Source of the DNA: Nitrosopumilus sp. | GTDB taxonomy: Archaea; Thermoproteota; Nitrososphaeria; Nitrososphaerales; Nitrosopumilaceae | Length of the DNA: 64,000 bases | Direction of reading: 5' to 3' | NCBI GenBank assembly: GCA_965206745.1 | Contig: OZ242220.1 | Span: forward strand, 64,001-128,000 | Shown: one piece after another, positions 17,857 to 28,015 of the stretch | Numbering within the stretch: position 1 is the stretch's first letter | Layout: each line of letters opens with the position of its first letter | The notes under the pieces: generated by a model | Seen by the model: only the letters and a program-made list of their open reading frames with translations | Databases searched by the model: none | What the model was told of the DNA's origin: nothing | Program-made: the position numbers and the translations under genes

Positions 17857-17973
17857 TAATTTGAGACCTTCTGGGGATGTTTTTTGATCGGAACAAGATC
17901 CATATCTCAGCTCATACATTCGTAGCCATATGCTGAAAACACACCATACAGAGGAGTGAAAACACACGCCAAC
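17857..17973. repeat. adjacent degenerate copies of repeat family A (inverted) and family B
   Basis: Reverse complement of 17873-17905 is ATATGGATCTTGTTCCGATCAAAAAACATCCCC; 17930-17973 resembles 15508-15555. Confidence 0.55.
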
Positions 17974-17990
17974 TTACCAGAGCATCAGGA

Positions 17991-18059
17991 TCAACATACA
18001 TTAAATCCTAGAATTTTTAATGTAGCTGCCGTGTCTTTTGCATTATATCTTTGAGTCAT
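17991..18059 (-). pseudogene. truncated HicA-like toxin (22 codons)
   Basis: MTQRYNAKDTAATLKILGFNVC* starts 6 nt after the hicB-like stop; matches the HicA first helix and LGF, lacks the GSH motif. Confidence 0.5.
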
Positions 18060-18065
18060 GTTTAA

Positions 18066-18281
18066 TTATTTTAGTTGCATTTCCTTCATTGGTGTATTAA
18101 AAATCTCATCACGTTTGTCTGGATAGATTTCTAAATATTCCTGTATTGATTGTATTAGATTGTCTACTGCCTCTTCCTCTGTAGTACCAAATGCTGTTAC
18201 CTTATCATTTGTGATACATCGTGAAACAAAGCCTTCTTTTACTTTATGTAAATTATAAGTAACAATCAACCTATTATCCAT
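18066..18281 (-). CDS. HicB-like antitoxin (N-terminal domain only)
   Basis: GFVSRC...VTAFGTTEEEAVDNLIQSIQEYL pattern. Confidence 0.75.
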   Translation of the reverse strand: MDNRLIVTYNLHKVKEGFVSRCITNDKVTAFGTTEEEAVDNLIQSIQEYLEIYPDKRDEIFNTPMKEMQLK

Positions 18282-18389
18282 GCGTAAACTATATTTTATT
18301 GGTAGCTATTAATCTTTACTAAGAAAATCAAAATGAATAGTTAAATCCTATTTAGTAATGATCTCCTTACCATGAATAGACTTTTGAGA

Positions 18390-18436
18390 TCTAGCCCAAT
18401 ATAGTGACCAGATCACCCTTTCTGACCAGAGCCCAG
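18390..18436 (+). repeat. dispersed repeat family A, right-end copy
   Basis: 18410-18436 matches 14677-14703 at 25/27; 18411-18434 matches 51575-51598 at 20/24. Confidence 0.7.
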
Positions 18437-18738
18437 CACGTCTTGCACTTTCAAGATCAAAAAATTTGCTCAGAGTCAACCATCTTGTAAAACCCAATGC
18501 TAATCATACCAATCCATGCATCTGCAAAATGCCGGTAATCCGTCTTGCATCTGCCACATATGACACTCCTTGCCATGACATGGTATGTTCTGGAACTGTA
18601 AGACGGACATCTGACTGCACAAGTCTGAGCACCTACATGAAAATTCCAGCGCAGTCAGTCTCTCAGATGAATACTTGTGCGGAGTTAATTGAGGGAACAG
18701 GTTTATAATCATCTGACTATAATATCAGAAGAACTCTG

Positions 18739-19893
18739 TTGGAACTAACTAAGGATGAAGAGTCCGCACTAAAAGGCGAGCACGGAGAGATCATGCAGAT
18801 GGCATATAGGATCCTTGTTGCGACAGGCCGCGCCACAGATGCTGAAAGGCTGGTTCCCGTAGAGTGGGTTCACCTCTCTGGCGTAAATTACAACACGATC
18901 GGAGATGCAGGGGAGGAGTTTCTATCTGGCATCAGCAAGAGTGCACGAGTCAAGGTAAAGACCACTCTGAATCCGATGGGCTTTGACATTGATAACGTAT
19001 CGGACTATGGATTAGATGAGAACTTTGTCTCAAAACAACTCTCAATTAAAAGATCTTATGAAACAATGGGCGTAATCCCTTCATTCTCATGCATCCCCTA
19101 CGAGATATTTGAGATCCCAAAGGATGGAACCCAGGTAGCCTTTGCAGAAAGCAATGCCGCAATACATGCAAACTCTTTTGATCATCTAAAAACAAACAAA
19201 GAGAGCGCCTTTAGCGCACTTGCAAGCGCACTTGTGGGGAAGAGCCCGTACTCGTCAATAAGAAAGGAGGATGACCCAAACATTACAATCCGAATGAAGG
19301 TCAAAGATCCCAACGAGCTGACGTATGGCATGCTTGGATTTTTTGCAGGAAAAATCGGGGATACGTCTGTAAATATCTCCGGACTCGGGGAGATCGACAG
19401 GAGGCAGACCAAGGCAATGTGTGGGGGAATGGGAACCTCTGGGACCTGTGCCAAATTTATCTTTGGAGAGGGCAGCTCTGACTGTGAGAAGGTAGACTTT
19501 GATGAAAGGGAGATGAGAAACGTGCATGATGAGCTAAACACCGCAGAGAGGGGCGATATCATCACGCTTGGCAGCCCCCAGCTCGGATTAGATGAGATAT
19601 CTGATCTTGCCGGCAAGCTAAAGGGCCGCTCCTTTCAGAAGAGATGCATGGTGTTTATGCCAAGGACCGTAAAGGAACAGTCCGCAAAGATTGGGTACAC
19701 TGCCGAGCTCAAGCGGGCAGGATGTGAGATTCTGTCTGACTGCTGTACATGTCTGTCCCCCCTGATTAGCAAAGACAGCGTAGATGCAGTGACTACCAAC
19801 AGCATCAAGGGCGCATTCTATCTGAAAAATTCCAACGGCGTGGACGTTAACTTGAAGCCTCTGCTGCAGATAGTCGAGGATGAGACAAGATGA
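18739..19893 (+). CDS. aconitase X catalytic subunit (phosphomevalonate dehydratase large subunit)
   Basis: HLSGVNY, TTLNP, SCIPY, ESNA, LGSPQ, DCCTC, TTNSIKG. Confidence 0.88.
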   Translation: MELTKDEESALKGEHGEIMQMAYRILVATGRATDAERLVPVEWVHLSGVNYNTIGDAGEEFLSGISKSARVKVKTTLNPMGFDIDNVSDYGLDENFVSKQLSIKRSYETMGVIPSFSCIPYEIFEIPKDGTQVAFAESNAAIHANSFDHLKTNKESAFSALASALVGKSPYSSIRKEDDPNITIRMKVKDPNELTYGMLGFFAGKIGDTSVNISGLGEIDRRQTKAMCGGMGTSGTCAKFIFGEGSSDCEKVDFDEREMRNVHDELNTAERGDIITLGSPQLGLDEISDLAGKLKGRSFQKRCMVFMPRTVKEQSAKIGYTAELKRAGCEILSDCCTCLSPLISKDSVDAVTTNSIKGAFYLKNSNGVDVNLKPLLQIVEDETR

Positions 19894-20273
19894 AGGTTCT
19901 GGTTGCAGGAGACGTGGAAGGAACCGTCTTGAAATCCGAGGATCCAATCAACTTCTTGGGCACAGTGGACAAAAAGACCGGAGTTATCAGTGACAGGAAT
20001 CATGACTTGTATCAAAAGTCAGTCAAGGGTACCGTTCTTGTCTTTCCATCGGGGGTGGGAAGCAGCGTTGGCGCATATACCATCTATTCGATAAAGTCAA
20101 ATGATACGGCCCCGCTTGCAATGGTCTGCCAAAAGGCCGATCTCACAGTGGCCACCGGGTGCGCACTGGCAAACATTCCGATGATTGTAATTAGTGGCGA
20201 GGAGTTTGCCTCAATTAAAAGCGGGATGAAAATTTCATTTAGCACCGAATCTAATCAAATTCGTTATCGTTGA
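19890..20273 (+). CDS. aconitase X swiveling subunit (DUF126; phosphomevalonate dehydratase small subunit)
   Basis: INFLGTVD..TG and FPSGVGSSVG; ATGA overlap with the large subunit. Confidence 0.88.
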   Translation: MKVLVAGDVEGTVLKSEDPINFLGTVDKKTGVISDRNHDLYQKSVKGTVLVFPSGVGSSVGAYTIYSIKSNDTAPLAMVCQKADLTVATGCALANIPMIVISGEEFASIKSGMKISFSTESNQIRYR

Positions 20274-22197
20274 TTCTTTTTTCCTGCAAATCACCCATGC
20301 TCACTTTGACTATCTGGCTTTTGCCTGCCGGCAATGCGCGCACAAATTCGTCTATGCTTATCTTTTTTGTGACATCCTCAAACATCTTTGAGAACTCTAT
20401 CCGTATCTTTTTGGCAGCCTCTACCATCTCTGATCCGTGCGGCTCGATTATCGCATAGCACAGCGAGTTCCTCTTGATCGGTTCTGGAGGTCCGCATGTC
20501 AGGATGTGGTCATCATCAACTGGCATGATCCCGACTGCCAGCCTGAGTGTCTCTGACTTTATAAAATTCCTCTGTCCCTCTATGGTAAATGAGCCCTTTG
20601 GAAGAAACTCCCCGCTTGGCGCGGACTTTTTTACCTGCTCAGGTCGGACCCAGTATGCACTCACGCCGTACATTCCCTCTCTCCAGGCCCTGCTAAAGCA
20701 GACAGTCGCGTGCGCTATCTCGTTCATACTCGTGTCCGGTGCACCTTCTGCATCTTTTATGATAAAGAACGGCGAGCCAAAGATATCCCCGTGAAATATT
20801 TTGTCATTCTTCTCTAGATGCTTCCTGACTATGGCCGAGTTTGATGCGGCATCCCTTCCGCCTATTGCAAGGTATCCGTCAGTCGTAAAGAACCACCTGT
20901 ACCTCTCAAACCAGTTCTTCTTCCTGATCTCCGAGACCACTATCAGCTCCCTCTCCCCTTCGGTCTTGCTCTGGAATTTTTCCAATCTCTTCTCTGTCTT
21001 TTCTTTGACTGCCTGAATGGAGGGTATTGCACCTGACTGCTTCTTTGCCTCATCAAACAATACCGATGCAATTGATTGCAGGGGGGACTGGGTGTTTACC
21101 TTTATCTTCTCATCGCCGATGATGATCAGCGAGTTTCCCCTCTCACTGACCAGCTTTGCATTATTTTTTGCCAGGATCTCCTGTGCCAGATCATCCTCGA
21201 TTGAAACTATTCCCCCTGACACCATTTCAAAGAGCGAGTTTGCGACACTTGTAATGTTCTTTGATCTACCTTTTACCGTCTCAATGGCCCTCTCCTGCTC
21301 GGAGATCTGCGTCTCCAACTCTTTGATCTTTTTATCCGAACCCGTAGACTGAACCCGCTTGCCTTCCTTGATGATGTTTTCAGTAAATACGGTATCTAGT
21401 CCCTCGATGAAACTGTTGGCAGGTATTACCTCGCCTTTGAGCTCTCCTAGCTTGATGGGAAGAACCTCTGTCTTTTCGCCCCTGACTATGACTGCCTCAT
21501 GGTTTCCCGACACTATATCTGAGACAATCTTCTTTACAGTTTCACGTATCTTTTCTATCTCATCCTCAGCTAGCAGGTTTCCAATCTTCTTGCCGTCGAT
21601 CTCTGCAATCTCAAAGACCGCTTCAACATATTTTTTTGGCAGCCCCAAGGTTCTTCCAAACCACTTTGCCGCAACCAGATCCGTGGTTTTCAGTCCGTCA
21701 AAGTCCGATTCCTTGAGATTAAAAATGTCCAAGCCGCTACTTGGCGGCTGGACATACTCTAGTCCGACACCAAGTTTCCTGTGTCTGACATCTATAGAGT
21801 GCTGCAATGCAAGAATCTTCCTCTCTTTGCTGCAAAGTAAGATGTTGCCGTCCCCAAAAAATTCCCCGACTAGTACAAACTCCTTTCCAAATCCCTCAAA
21901 CGTAAAGTATGCAATTCTCTCAGCCCCTATCTGCTCTATCTTTTTCAGTTTTAGTCTGAGAAGATCACTTCTCAGTCTTTTGAGCAGCCTGTTTGGCTCC
22001 ATCTGATCTATCTTTACTGCAGTCAACCAAACGCCGGATGTCGATATCATCATGAATAGATCGCTCTTCTCAGTATGGTGAAGTTTGAAGAGAATGCTAT
22101 CCTTTGTGATTCCATAGATATTGCTGATATAGTAGTCCTGAACCTGCTCTGTGATTGTGTCAACCAGATATCGCAGCTCAATCCCCGATAGTGTCAT
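20251..22197 (-). CDS. rqcH: ribosome quality-control protein RqcH/NEMF (NFACT family)
   Basis: ERI, EFFGDGN, WFERYRWF, GGRDA..N, FHGDIFGSP, QVKKSAPSGEFL. Confidence 0.9.
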   Translation of the reverse strand: MTLSGIELRYLVDTITEQVQDYYISNIYGITKDSILFKLHHTEKSDLFMMISTSGVWLTAVKIDQMEPNRLLKRLRSDLLRLKLKKIEQIGAERIAYFTFEGFGKEFVLVGEFFGDGNILLCSKERKILALQHSIDVRHRKLGVGLEYVQPPSSGLDIFNLKESDFDGLKTTDLVAAKWFGRTLGLPKKYVEAVFEIAEIDGKKIGNLLAEDEIEKIRETVKKIVSDIVSGNHEAVIVRGEKTEVLPIKLGELKGEVIPANSFIEGLDTVFTENIIKEGKRVQSTGSDKKIKELETQISEQERAIETVKGRSKNITSVANSLFEMVSGGIVSIEDDLAQEILAKNNAKLVSERGNSLIIIGDEKIKVNTQSPLQSIASVLFDEAKKQSGAIPSIQAVKEKTEKRLEKFQSKTEGERELIVVSEIRKKNWFERYRWFFTTDGYLAIGGRDAASNSAIVRKHLEKNDKIFHGDIFGSPFFIIKDAEGAPDTSMNEIAHATVCFSRAWREGMYGVSAYWVRPEQVKKSAPSGEFLPKGSFTIEGQRNFIKSETLRLAVGIMPVDDDHILTCGPPEPIKRNSLCYAIIEPHGSEMVEAAKKIRIEFSKMFEDVTKKISIDEFVRALPAGKSQIVKVSMGDLQEKRINDNEFD

Positions 22198-22299
22198 AAT
22201 CATCGTTATCTTCTCTGAAATTATACTCTTGCTCTGATATGCTCGTATTTTGACCAAAGATATTAAACACGGTTTGCTTGAGACACGCTAGAAATTTAC

Positions 22300-22779
22300 T
22301 TGGCAAAATTCAAAAAGAAGAAATCTGAACCTACTACCGATCCTGCTGACTCTAAAAAGGAGCCCGCAGAAGGTATTCCGGCAAATACTCCAGAAGTGGA
22401 AAAATCCGAACCGACACTGGAGACGCCCCCAGGGGATCCGCCAGTCAGCGTTGCCGAGAAGAGTGAAAAAGACAGGAAATTAAACAAGTTATTCTGGATG
22501 CGTGTTGCCTTGGCAGTCATTGCCGGAACTGCTGCGACTTTTATCTTTGAGGACATTGAAGGTGAGGACAGAAGATGGGCCTCGATTGCATTTATGATTA
22601 TACTATTTTCTGCAACCATCATTGTTGCCAAAAGAATGAATATGCAGCTGCCGTCATCTGATAGAAAAAAAGTTGTCACACAGGCCATAGGCAGCTATGT
22701 CTTTTTGTACCTGTTTTCATGGATTGTAAGCTACACACTGACTCACCTGGGAAGTACAACTGGTGGAATCAACATCTAG
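22300..22779 (+). CDS. membrane protein (Rab5ip/EMC6-like, three TM)
   Basis: Low-complexity N-terminus, three TM helices, YLFSW near the C-terminus. Confidence 0.65.
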   Translation: MAKFKKKKSEPTTDPADSKKEPAEGIPANTPEVEKSEPTLETPPGDPPVSVAEKSEKDRKLNKLFWMRVALAVIAGTAATFIFEDIEGEDRRWASIAFMIILFSATIIVAKRMNMQLPSSDRKKVVTQAIGSYVFLYLFSWIVSYTLTHLGSTTGGINI

Positions 22780-22803
22780 TTTAGAGACAAAAGGTTATGG
22801 TAC

Positions 22804-23394
22804 ATGTGGAAATTTAAGACGCCGGGCATTCCTGATGAGGAATTTGAGAGGGCAGACAAAGTACCTATCACCAAGGAGGAAGTCAGGGTAGTTCAAATAA
22901 GCAAGGCCAGATTAAAACCAGGGCAAACCGTTTATGACATTGGATGTGGCAGTGGCTCCATCTCCATTGAGGCTGCATTACAGATAGAGACATCCGGCAA
23001 GGTACTGGCAGTGGATTATGATAAAAACGCTATAGAGCTGACCAGAAAGAACATGGAAAAATTTGGCATATCAAACATTTCAGTAATTTATGGCGATGCC
23101 AAAGAAAAGATTCTGGAATTGGAAGAGGCTGACACCATATTTATCGGCGGAACAGGCGGGGACACTAGGGATATAGTTGAACTCTCTGAGAAGAAACTAA
23201 AGTCAGGAGGAAGAATTGTGATTGGGACCATACTCATTGAGACCCTCTACTCTGTGTTGCAAGTGTTGGAGAAGCTGCGGTTTGAATCAGTTGATATCAC
23301 CCAGGTTACTGTATCGAAGAGCAGAAAAACCAGCACGGGCACCATGATGCTTGCAAGAAATCCCGTAACCATCATCTCTGCGACCAAGATCTAA
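22804..23394 (+). CDS. cbiT: cobalt-precorrin-6B C15-methyltransferase
   Basis: GIPDEEF, PITKEEVR, DIGCGSGS, FIGG, MMLARNPV. Confidence 0.93.
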   Translation: MWKFKTPGIPDEEFERADKVPITKEEVRVVQISKARLKPGQTVYDIGCGSGSISIEAALQIETSGKVLAVDYDKNAIELTRKNMEKFGISNISVIYGDAKEKILELEEADTIFIGGTGGDTRDIVELSEKKLKSGGRIVIGTILIETLYSVLQVLEKLRFESVDITQVTVSKSRKTSTGTMMLARNPVTIISATKI

Positions 23395-23430
23395 TCTAGA
23401 TTTTTAATTAGGAGAAAAGTCATACCCTTC

Positions 23431-24153
23431 ATGCCTGGGTTAATTGGGATAGGAGTGGGTCCCGGAGATGTTGATCTACTCACTGTAAAGGCCGTCAAGG
23501 CAATTCAGAGTGCGGACATCATAATGTGTCCTGCCTCCCACAAGGACAGGCCCAGCATTGCATTTGGTATTGTACTGCCAATAATTGATAAATCCAAAAA
23601 CCAGGAGATTATAAAACTGATATTTCCAATGACAAAAGACAAGGATGTCTTGAAGGATACATGGAAGAGAAATGCCAAGATCATGGCAGAAACCGTGCTG
23701 AGTGGAAAGAACGTAGTCTATCTCACGGTAGGCGATCCCTTCCTGTATAGTACCTGGATATACATGCACAAGGATCTCAAAGAAAACTATCCTGAGATGC
23801 AGATCAGTGTGATACCTGGGATTGTCTCGATGTTTACATTTGCAGCTAAAGTGGGCGTAAGTGTGGCTGAAGGTGCAGAAAAGGTCGCCATTATTCCGTC
23901 CTGCTATGATCTCTCAAGTGTCAAAGAGATTGCAAAGCATTCCGAGTCGATGATATTTCTCAAGGATGGCCGTTACTTTGATCAGGTAATTGAGGTTCTA
24001 AAGGAATCCGGGTTTCCAGACGACTCTATCTTTGCAATTGGGCAGGATCTTGGGACAGAGAACGAGATCATAAGAAAAATGACATTGGGAGAGGTCAATG
24101 ATTCGTCATTGACGACAAAATATTTCTCAATTTTGGTGGTAAAACGTGTCTGA
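23431..24153 (+). CDS. cbiL: precorrin-2 C20-methyltransferase
   Basis: GIGVGPGD..LLTVKA, FPMTKD, LTVGDP..YST, YFSILVV. Confidence 0.92.
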   Translation: MPGLIGIGVGPGDVDLLTVKAVKAIQSADIIMCPASHKDRPSIAFGIVLPIIDKSKNQEIIKLIFPMTKDKDVLKDTWKRNAKIMAETVLSGKNVVYLTVGDPFLYSTWIYMHKDLKENYPEMQISVIPGIVSMFTFAAKVGVSVAEGAEKVAIIPSCYDLSSVKEIAKHSESMIFLKDGRYFDQVIEVLKESGFPDDSIFAIGQDLGTENEIIRKMTLGEVNDSSLTTKYFSILVVKRV

Positions 24154-24910
24154 TGTATTTTTTGTCGGCTGCGGTCCTGGCGACCCCGAACTAATCACCG
24201 TCAAAGCCAAAAAACTGATTCAAAAGGCAGACGTTGTCGTCTATTCGGGATCCCTGATACCTGAACCGATTTTAAAGCTGTGTAAAAAAGGAAAACTGCA
24301 CGATGCTGCCAAACTAGTCAGGGAGGAGATCTTTGATCTGCTATACAAGAATGCTAAAAAAGGCAAACTTGTCATCCGACTGCATGATGGTGACCCTTCA
24401 ATTTACGGTGCCATCAAAGAGCAGATCGACAACCTTGAGAAGGGCGGCATCCGGTCTATTGTGGTTCCAGGAGTCACGGCATTTCTGGCCTCAGCTGCCG
24501 CACTTGGAATGCAACTGACACTTCCCGGCGTTACCCAGACAATCATTGTCACAAGGGCAGAGTCCAGGACCAAGGTACCAAAGCGTGAGAAAATCTCTGA
24601 ACTTGCAAAGCACAAGGCAACACTGATTTTTTATCTCAGCATCCACCTGCTCCCAAAGCTAACCGGGGAGGCAGTAGCTGGGGGATATAAAAAATCCACT
24701 CCGGTTGCAATAGTTTACAGAGCCAGCTGGCCGGATCAAAAAATAATCAAGGGAACCCTGGATGATATTGCGCAAAAGGTAAAGGATCAAAAGATTACCA
24801 GAACTGCAATCGTGATAATTGGTGATGTGGTTGATCCCAAGACATACGAGTATTCTAAACTGTATGATAAGAAATTCAGCCACGGTTATCGAAGAGCAAA
24901 GAAGGCATAA
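24146..24910 (+). CDS. cbiF: precorrin-4 C11-methyltransferase
   Basis: GPGDPELIT, RLHDGDPSIYGA, QLTLPGVTQT, ASWPDQ, SKLYD..FSH. Confidence 0.93.
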   Translation: MSDVFFVGCGPGDPELITVKAKKLIQKADVVVYSGSLIPEPILKLCKKGKLHDAAKLVREEIFDLLYKNAKKGKLVIRLHDGDPSIYGAIKEQIDNLEKGGIRSIVVPGVTAFLASAAALGMQLTLPGVTQTIIVTRAESRTKVPKREKISELAKHKATLIFYLSIHLLPKLTGEAVAGGYKKSTPVAIVYRASWPDQKIIKGTLDDIAQKVKDQKITRTAIVIIGDVVDPKTYEYSKLYDKKFSHGYRRAKKA

Positions 24911-25661
24911 TGCTGACCCTGTTTCTTATTCCCATCCTTCCCAGCTTTGTCTGAAATGCCTTGGCATTACCTGTTGCAAAAATTTTCAATGAATTTTTCC
25001 TGGCCTGATTATCCTTTATCTTTGAAACAATCTTCTCTGCAACTGTGTCTGCGGGATCTACAAAACTGATACCCGGATACTGTTCTTCCAACAGTGATCT
25101 TAGGAACGGCAAATGTGTGCTGGACAGGGTGATCACATCGATATTGTTTTTGGATAGTTTCTCGTCAAGAGTTTCTTTAATGATTTTTTTGCAGTACTTT
25201 TTATCTGAAATAAACTTGGCAGACTCTACCAGATCAACGAGTTCCGATCCGTCTATCTTAAAAAACCTGACTTTCTTTGGAGACTTATTTTTTCTGATAT
25301 GCCGTGCCAACCCACTGCTGTTAACTGCACCTCTTGTTGCCAGAATCCCGATCCGCTTTGTCTTTGAGTTCTTTTGAGCATGCTTCAGTGGGGGCTTGAC
25401 ATCCATTACCTTCTTTGTGGTTACATCCAGCATGAGGCTGGGGGTATTTGATGCGACAACTATGATGTCCGGCGAGAATTTTTCCTGCAGTGTTCTGATG
25501 GATCTCTCAATTATCCCAGACAACTGAGCCCGGGACTTGTTCCCATATGGATAGTTTTCCTGATCTGCAAGATAGATGATCTCTGACTTTGAGATCCTTT
25601 GAATTGCCCTAATCACTGACAGCGAACCCAGACCAGAATCAAAGACCGCGATTTTAGCCAC
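24876..25661 (-). CDS. glutamate racemase (MurI)-like protein with Cys-to-Ser at both catalytic positions
   Basis: FDSGLGSLSV, YPYG.K, VASNT (canonical ACNT), LSSTH (canonical LGCTH). Confidence 0.85.
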   Translation of the reverse strand: MAKIAVFDSGLGSLSVIRAIQRISKSEIIYLADQENYPYGNKSRAQLSGIIERSIRTLQEKFSPDIIVVASNTPSLMLDVTTKKVMDVKPPLKHAQKNSKTKRIGILATRGAVNSSGLARHIRKNKSPKKVRFFKIDGSELVDLVESAKFISDKKYCKKIIKETLDEKLSKNNIDVITLSSTHLPFLRSLLEEQYPGISFVDPADTVAEKIVSKIKDNQARKNSLKIFATGNAKAFQTKLGRMGIRNRVSIMPSLLFDNRG

Positions 25662-25764
25662 AAACCACCTGCAAAATCATAGGTAATGTTTGTTAGCTAA
25701 ATTTACCCTAAAGTTGATCTAAATACACACCGTCCATTAAGACTAAATTTCTAAACGAGTCATC

Positions 25765-26415
25765 ATGCCAAACTTCGATAAGACTTGGGCTCGACAAGAG
25801 ACCCAAAGTGTAACTGGCAAACTCCGTGAAGCAGTAAAGCCTCAAGGTGCATTAAAACCACGAATCCAGACTGCAGTGAACAAACTACAGGTCCAAATCT
25901 CAAAAATGGACTCTATGTTAGGCAAGCTGCACGAAAGGGATGCGCAACTCTTTCAGAGGGTCGTGACTGCAATGCAGCAACATGATACTAGCACAAGTAG
26001 AGTTTTGTCCAACGAATTAGCTGAAATTCGTAAAGTTACAAAGATGCTCGGCAACGCAAGAATGTCATTAGAACAGGTTCAACTAAGACTGACAACTATT
26101 CATGATCTTGGTGACGCTATGGTGGCAATCGGACCGGCAATGTCTACAATGAAGGGATTGAAGTCATCGCTAGGAAGATTCATGCCAGAAGCTGATTCAG
26201 AATTGAACAGTATGACCCAGACACTCAATGGCCTGATGATGGATTCACTTGCAGGAGACTCGTTTAACATGGAGTCTGATGTTTCAAGTGAGGAAACTGA
26301 AAAGATTCTTCAGGAAGCATCTGCAGTAGCTGAGCAACAGATTGGAGATAAATTCCCATCTGTACCAACTTCAACCGGACTTTCGTCACAATCCTCTACT
26401 TCTACCTTTGAGTAG
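25765..26415 (+). CDS. ESCRT-III / CdvB paralog (Snf7 family)
   Basis: ANEL-like SNELAEIRK, LEQVQLRLTT, EKILQEAS..AE, KFPSVP. Confidence 0.88.
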   Translation: MPNFDKTWARQETQSVTGKLREAVKPQGALKPRIQTAVNKLQVQISKMDSMLGKLHERDAQLFQRVVTAMQQHDTSTSRVLSNELAEIRKVTKMLGNARMSLEQVQLRLTTIHDLGDAMVAIGPAMSTMKGLKSSLGRFMPEADSELNSMTQTLNGLMMDSLAGDSFNMESDVSSEETEKILQEASAVAEQQIGDKFPSVPTSTGLSSQSSTSTFE

Positions 26416-26526
26416 GCCCGGTTATGACGAACAGTTCATTATTTTTGTTTTAATTTCTCAGAGTTCTCTGTATCAATCAGCCTGCCCCTGACTGGATCTT
26501 GCTGCAAGCAAATTCCCTGAAGACAC

Positions 26527-27996
26527 TCAGGGGTATGATATTGATTCGGAAATTACAGAGTCAAGCTCTGAAATTTTTATCCTGCTCTGTTCCATAGAGT
26601 CCCTCTTCCTGAAGGTTACTGTCTCATCTTTTAATGTCTGGTGATCGACAGTCACTGCAAACGGTGCACCGATCTCATCTAGTCTCCTGTACCTTCTTCC
26701 GATGGCCCCCGAATGGTCCAAAAATGCATCACACCTTCTCTTTATCTGCAGGTAGACTTCGTCTGTCTTTTCTTTGAGACCGTCTTTTTTGACAAGAGAC
26801 AGGATTCCCACGTGCATCGGTGCAAGGTACGGCCTTAATGACAGTACGATTCTCTGATGTTCCGTATCGTCTTTCAAACTGTGCTCCAAGATTGTGTAAA
26901 GGCTCCTGTCGATTCCCATGGATATCTCAAATACATGTGGCAGCACCTTCTCATCCCCGTCCATTATCTCAAATTTCTGCTTGCTCTTCTTCTCATGGCT
27001 AGTCAGATCATAGTCGGATCTATAATTGCATGCGACAAGCTCAAGCCATCCTATTGTGGTCTCTACCTCAAAATCAAATGCCACTGTGGCATAGAATGCC
27101 TTTTCCTTATCTCCGAGTTTCCTGAACCTGCTCTTTGTCATATCAATTCCCGTCTTTTCATAAAACTCACTCAAAATTCCCATATAGTATGCCACAAGCT
27201 TGTTTGGAACAATACCTGATTCCACTGCCTCCTTGCATGTCATGGGTACGGGATCCCCGTCTGTCTGAATCCTGATGGTCAGGTCCTGAATCTCTGAGAA
27301 CTTTTCCATCTCAGAGAGCCTGTCTGGATTGCAAAACACCTCGATCTCTGCCTGATAAAACTCCCTTAGACGAAGCAGGCTCTGCCTCGGGGCTATCTCG
27401 TTTCTAAAGCTCTTTCCCACCTGTGCAATTCCCAGAGGCAGCCTTCCCCTCATGGTCTTGTACAGTCTTGGAAAGTCCACAAAGATTGACTGGCATGTCT
27501 CCGGCCTAAGATACGCCTCCTCCTCTTCAGGACCAATGCCGACTTTGAACATCATGTTGAATTTTTTTGTCTTCTCAAAGTCCCCCTTGCACTTTGGACA
27601 CTTGATATTGTTCTGTGCGATTGCATCATCGAACTCTTCGGGCTCTGCCCTCTCTGCAATCTCAATCTGTGTGATCTCTGCGATGGTTCTGTCTGCCCTA
27701 AACGTGGCGCTGCATTTTGTACATTTGATTATCGGATCGGCAAAATTTCCCAAATGTCCTGATGCCTCAAACACTGATTTTGACATGATCTGCGATCCGT
27801 CAATTTCGAGCATCCCGTCCCTTCTGATTAACTCCCTTCTCCACAGCTCAAGGAACTTGTTTTTCAGGCCGACTCCAGACGGACCGTACTCCCAGAATCC
27901 TGCTTGCGCATCGGCATAAACTTCACAGCTAGGAAAGTAGAATCCGCGCTCAAGTGCTAGTTTCATCACTGCCTCATAGTCCATTGTCATGTTCAT
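26527..27996 (-). CDS. glyS: glycine--tRNA ligase (alpha2 type)
   Basis: YLRPETCQ, GKSFRNEIAPRQ.LLRLREF, IGRRYRR.DEIG. Confidence 0.96.
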   Translation of the reverse strand: MNMTMDYEAVMKLALERGFYFPSCEVYADAQAGFWEYGPSGVGLKNKFLELWRRELIRRDGMLEIDGSQIMSKSVFEASGHLGNFADPIIKCTKCSATFRADRTIAEITQIEIAERAEPEEFDDAIAQNNIKCPKCKGDFEKTKKFNMMFKVGIGPEEEEAYLRPETCQSIFVDFPRLYKTMRGRLPLGIAQVGKSFRNEIAPRQSLLRLREFYQAEIEVFCNPDRLSEMEKFSEIQDLTIRIQTDGDPVPMTCKEAVESGIVPNKLVAYYMGILSEFYEKTGIDMTKSRFRKLGDKEKAFYATVAFDFEVETTIGWLELVACNYRSDYDLTSHEKKSKQKFEIMDGDEKVLPHVFEISMGIDRSLYTILEHSLKDDTEHQRIVLSLRPYLAPMHVGILSLVKKDGLKEKTDEVYLQIKRRCDAFLDHSGAIGRRYRRLDEIGAPFAVTVDHQTLKDETVTFRKRDSMEQSRIKISELDSVISESISYP

Positions 27997-28015
27997 TCAC
28001 CCGTGAAATAAATTC

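Noticed and set aside
17656-18712. ORFs 17656-17967, 18466-18708 and 18500-18712 as genes
   Set aside because: They run through repeat or intergenic DNA and show no protein motifs
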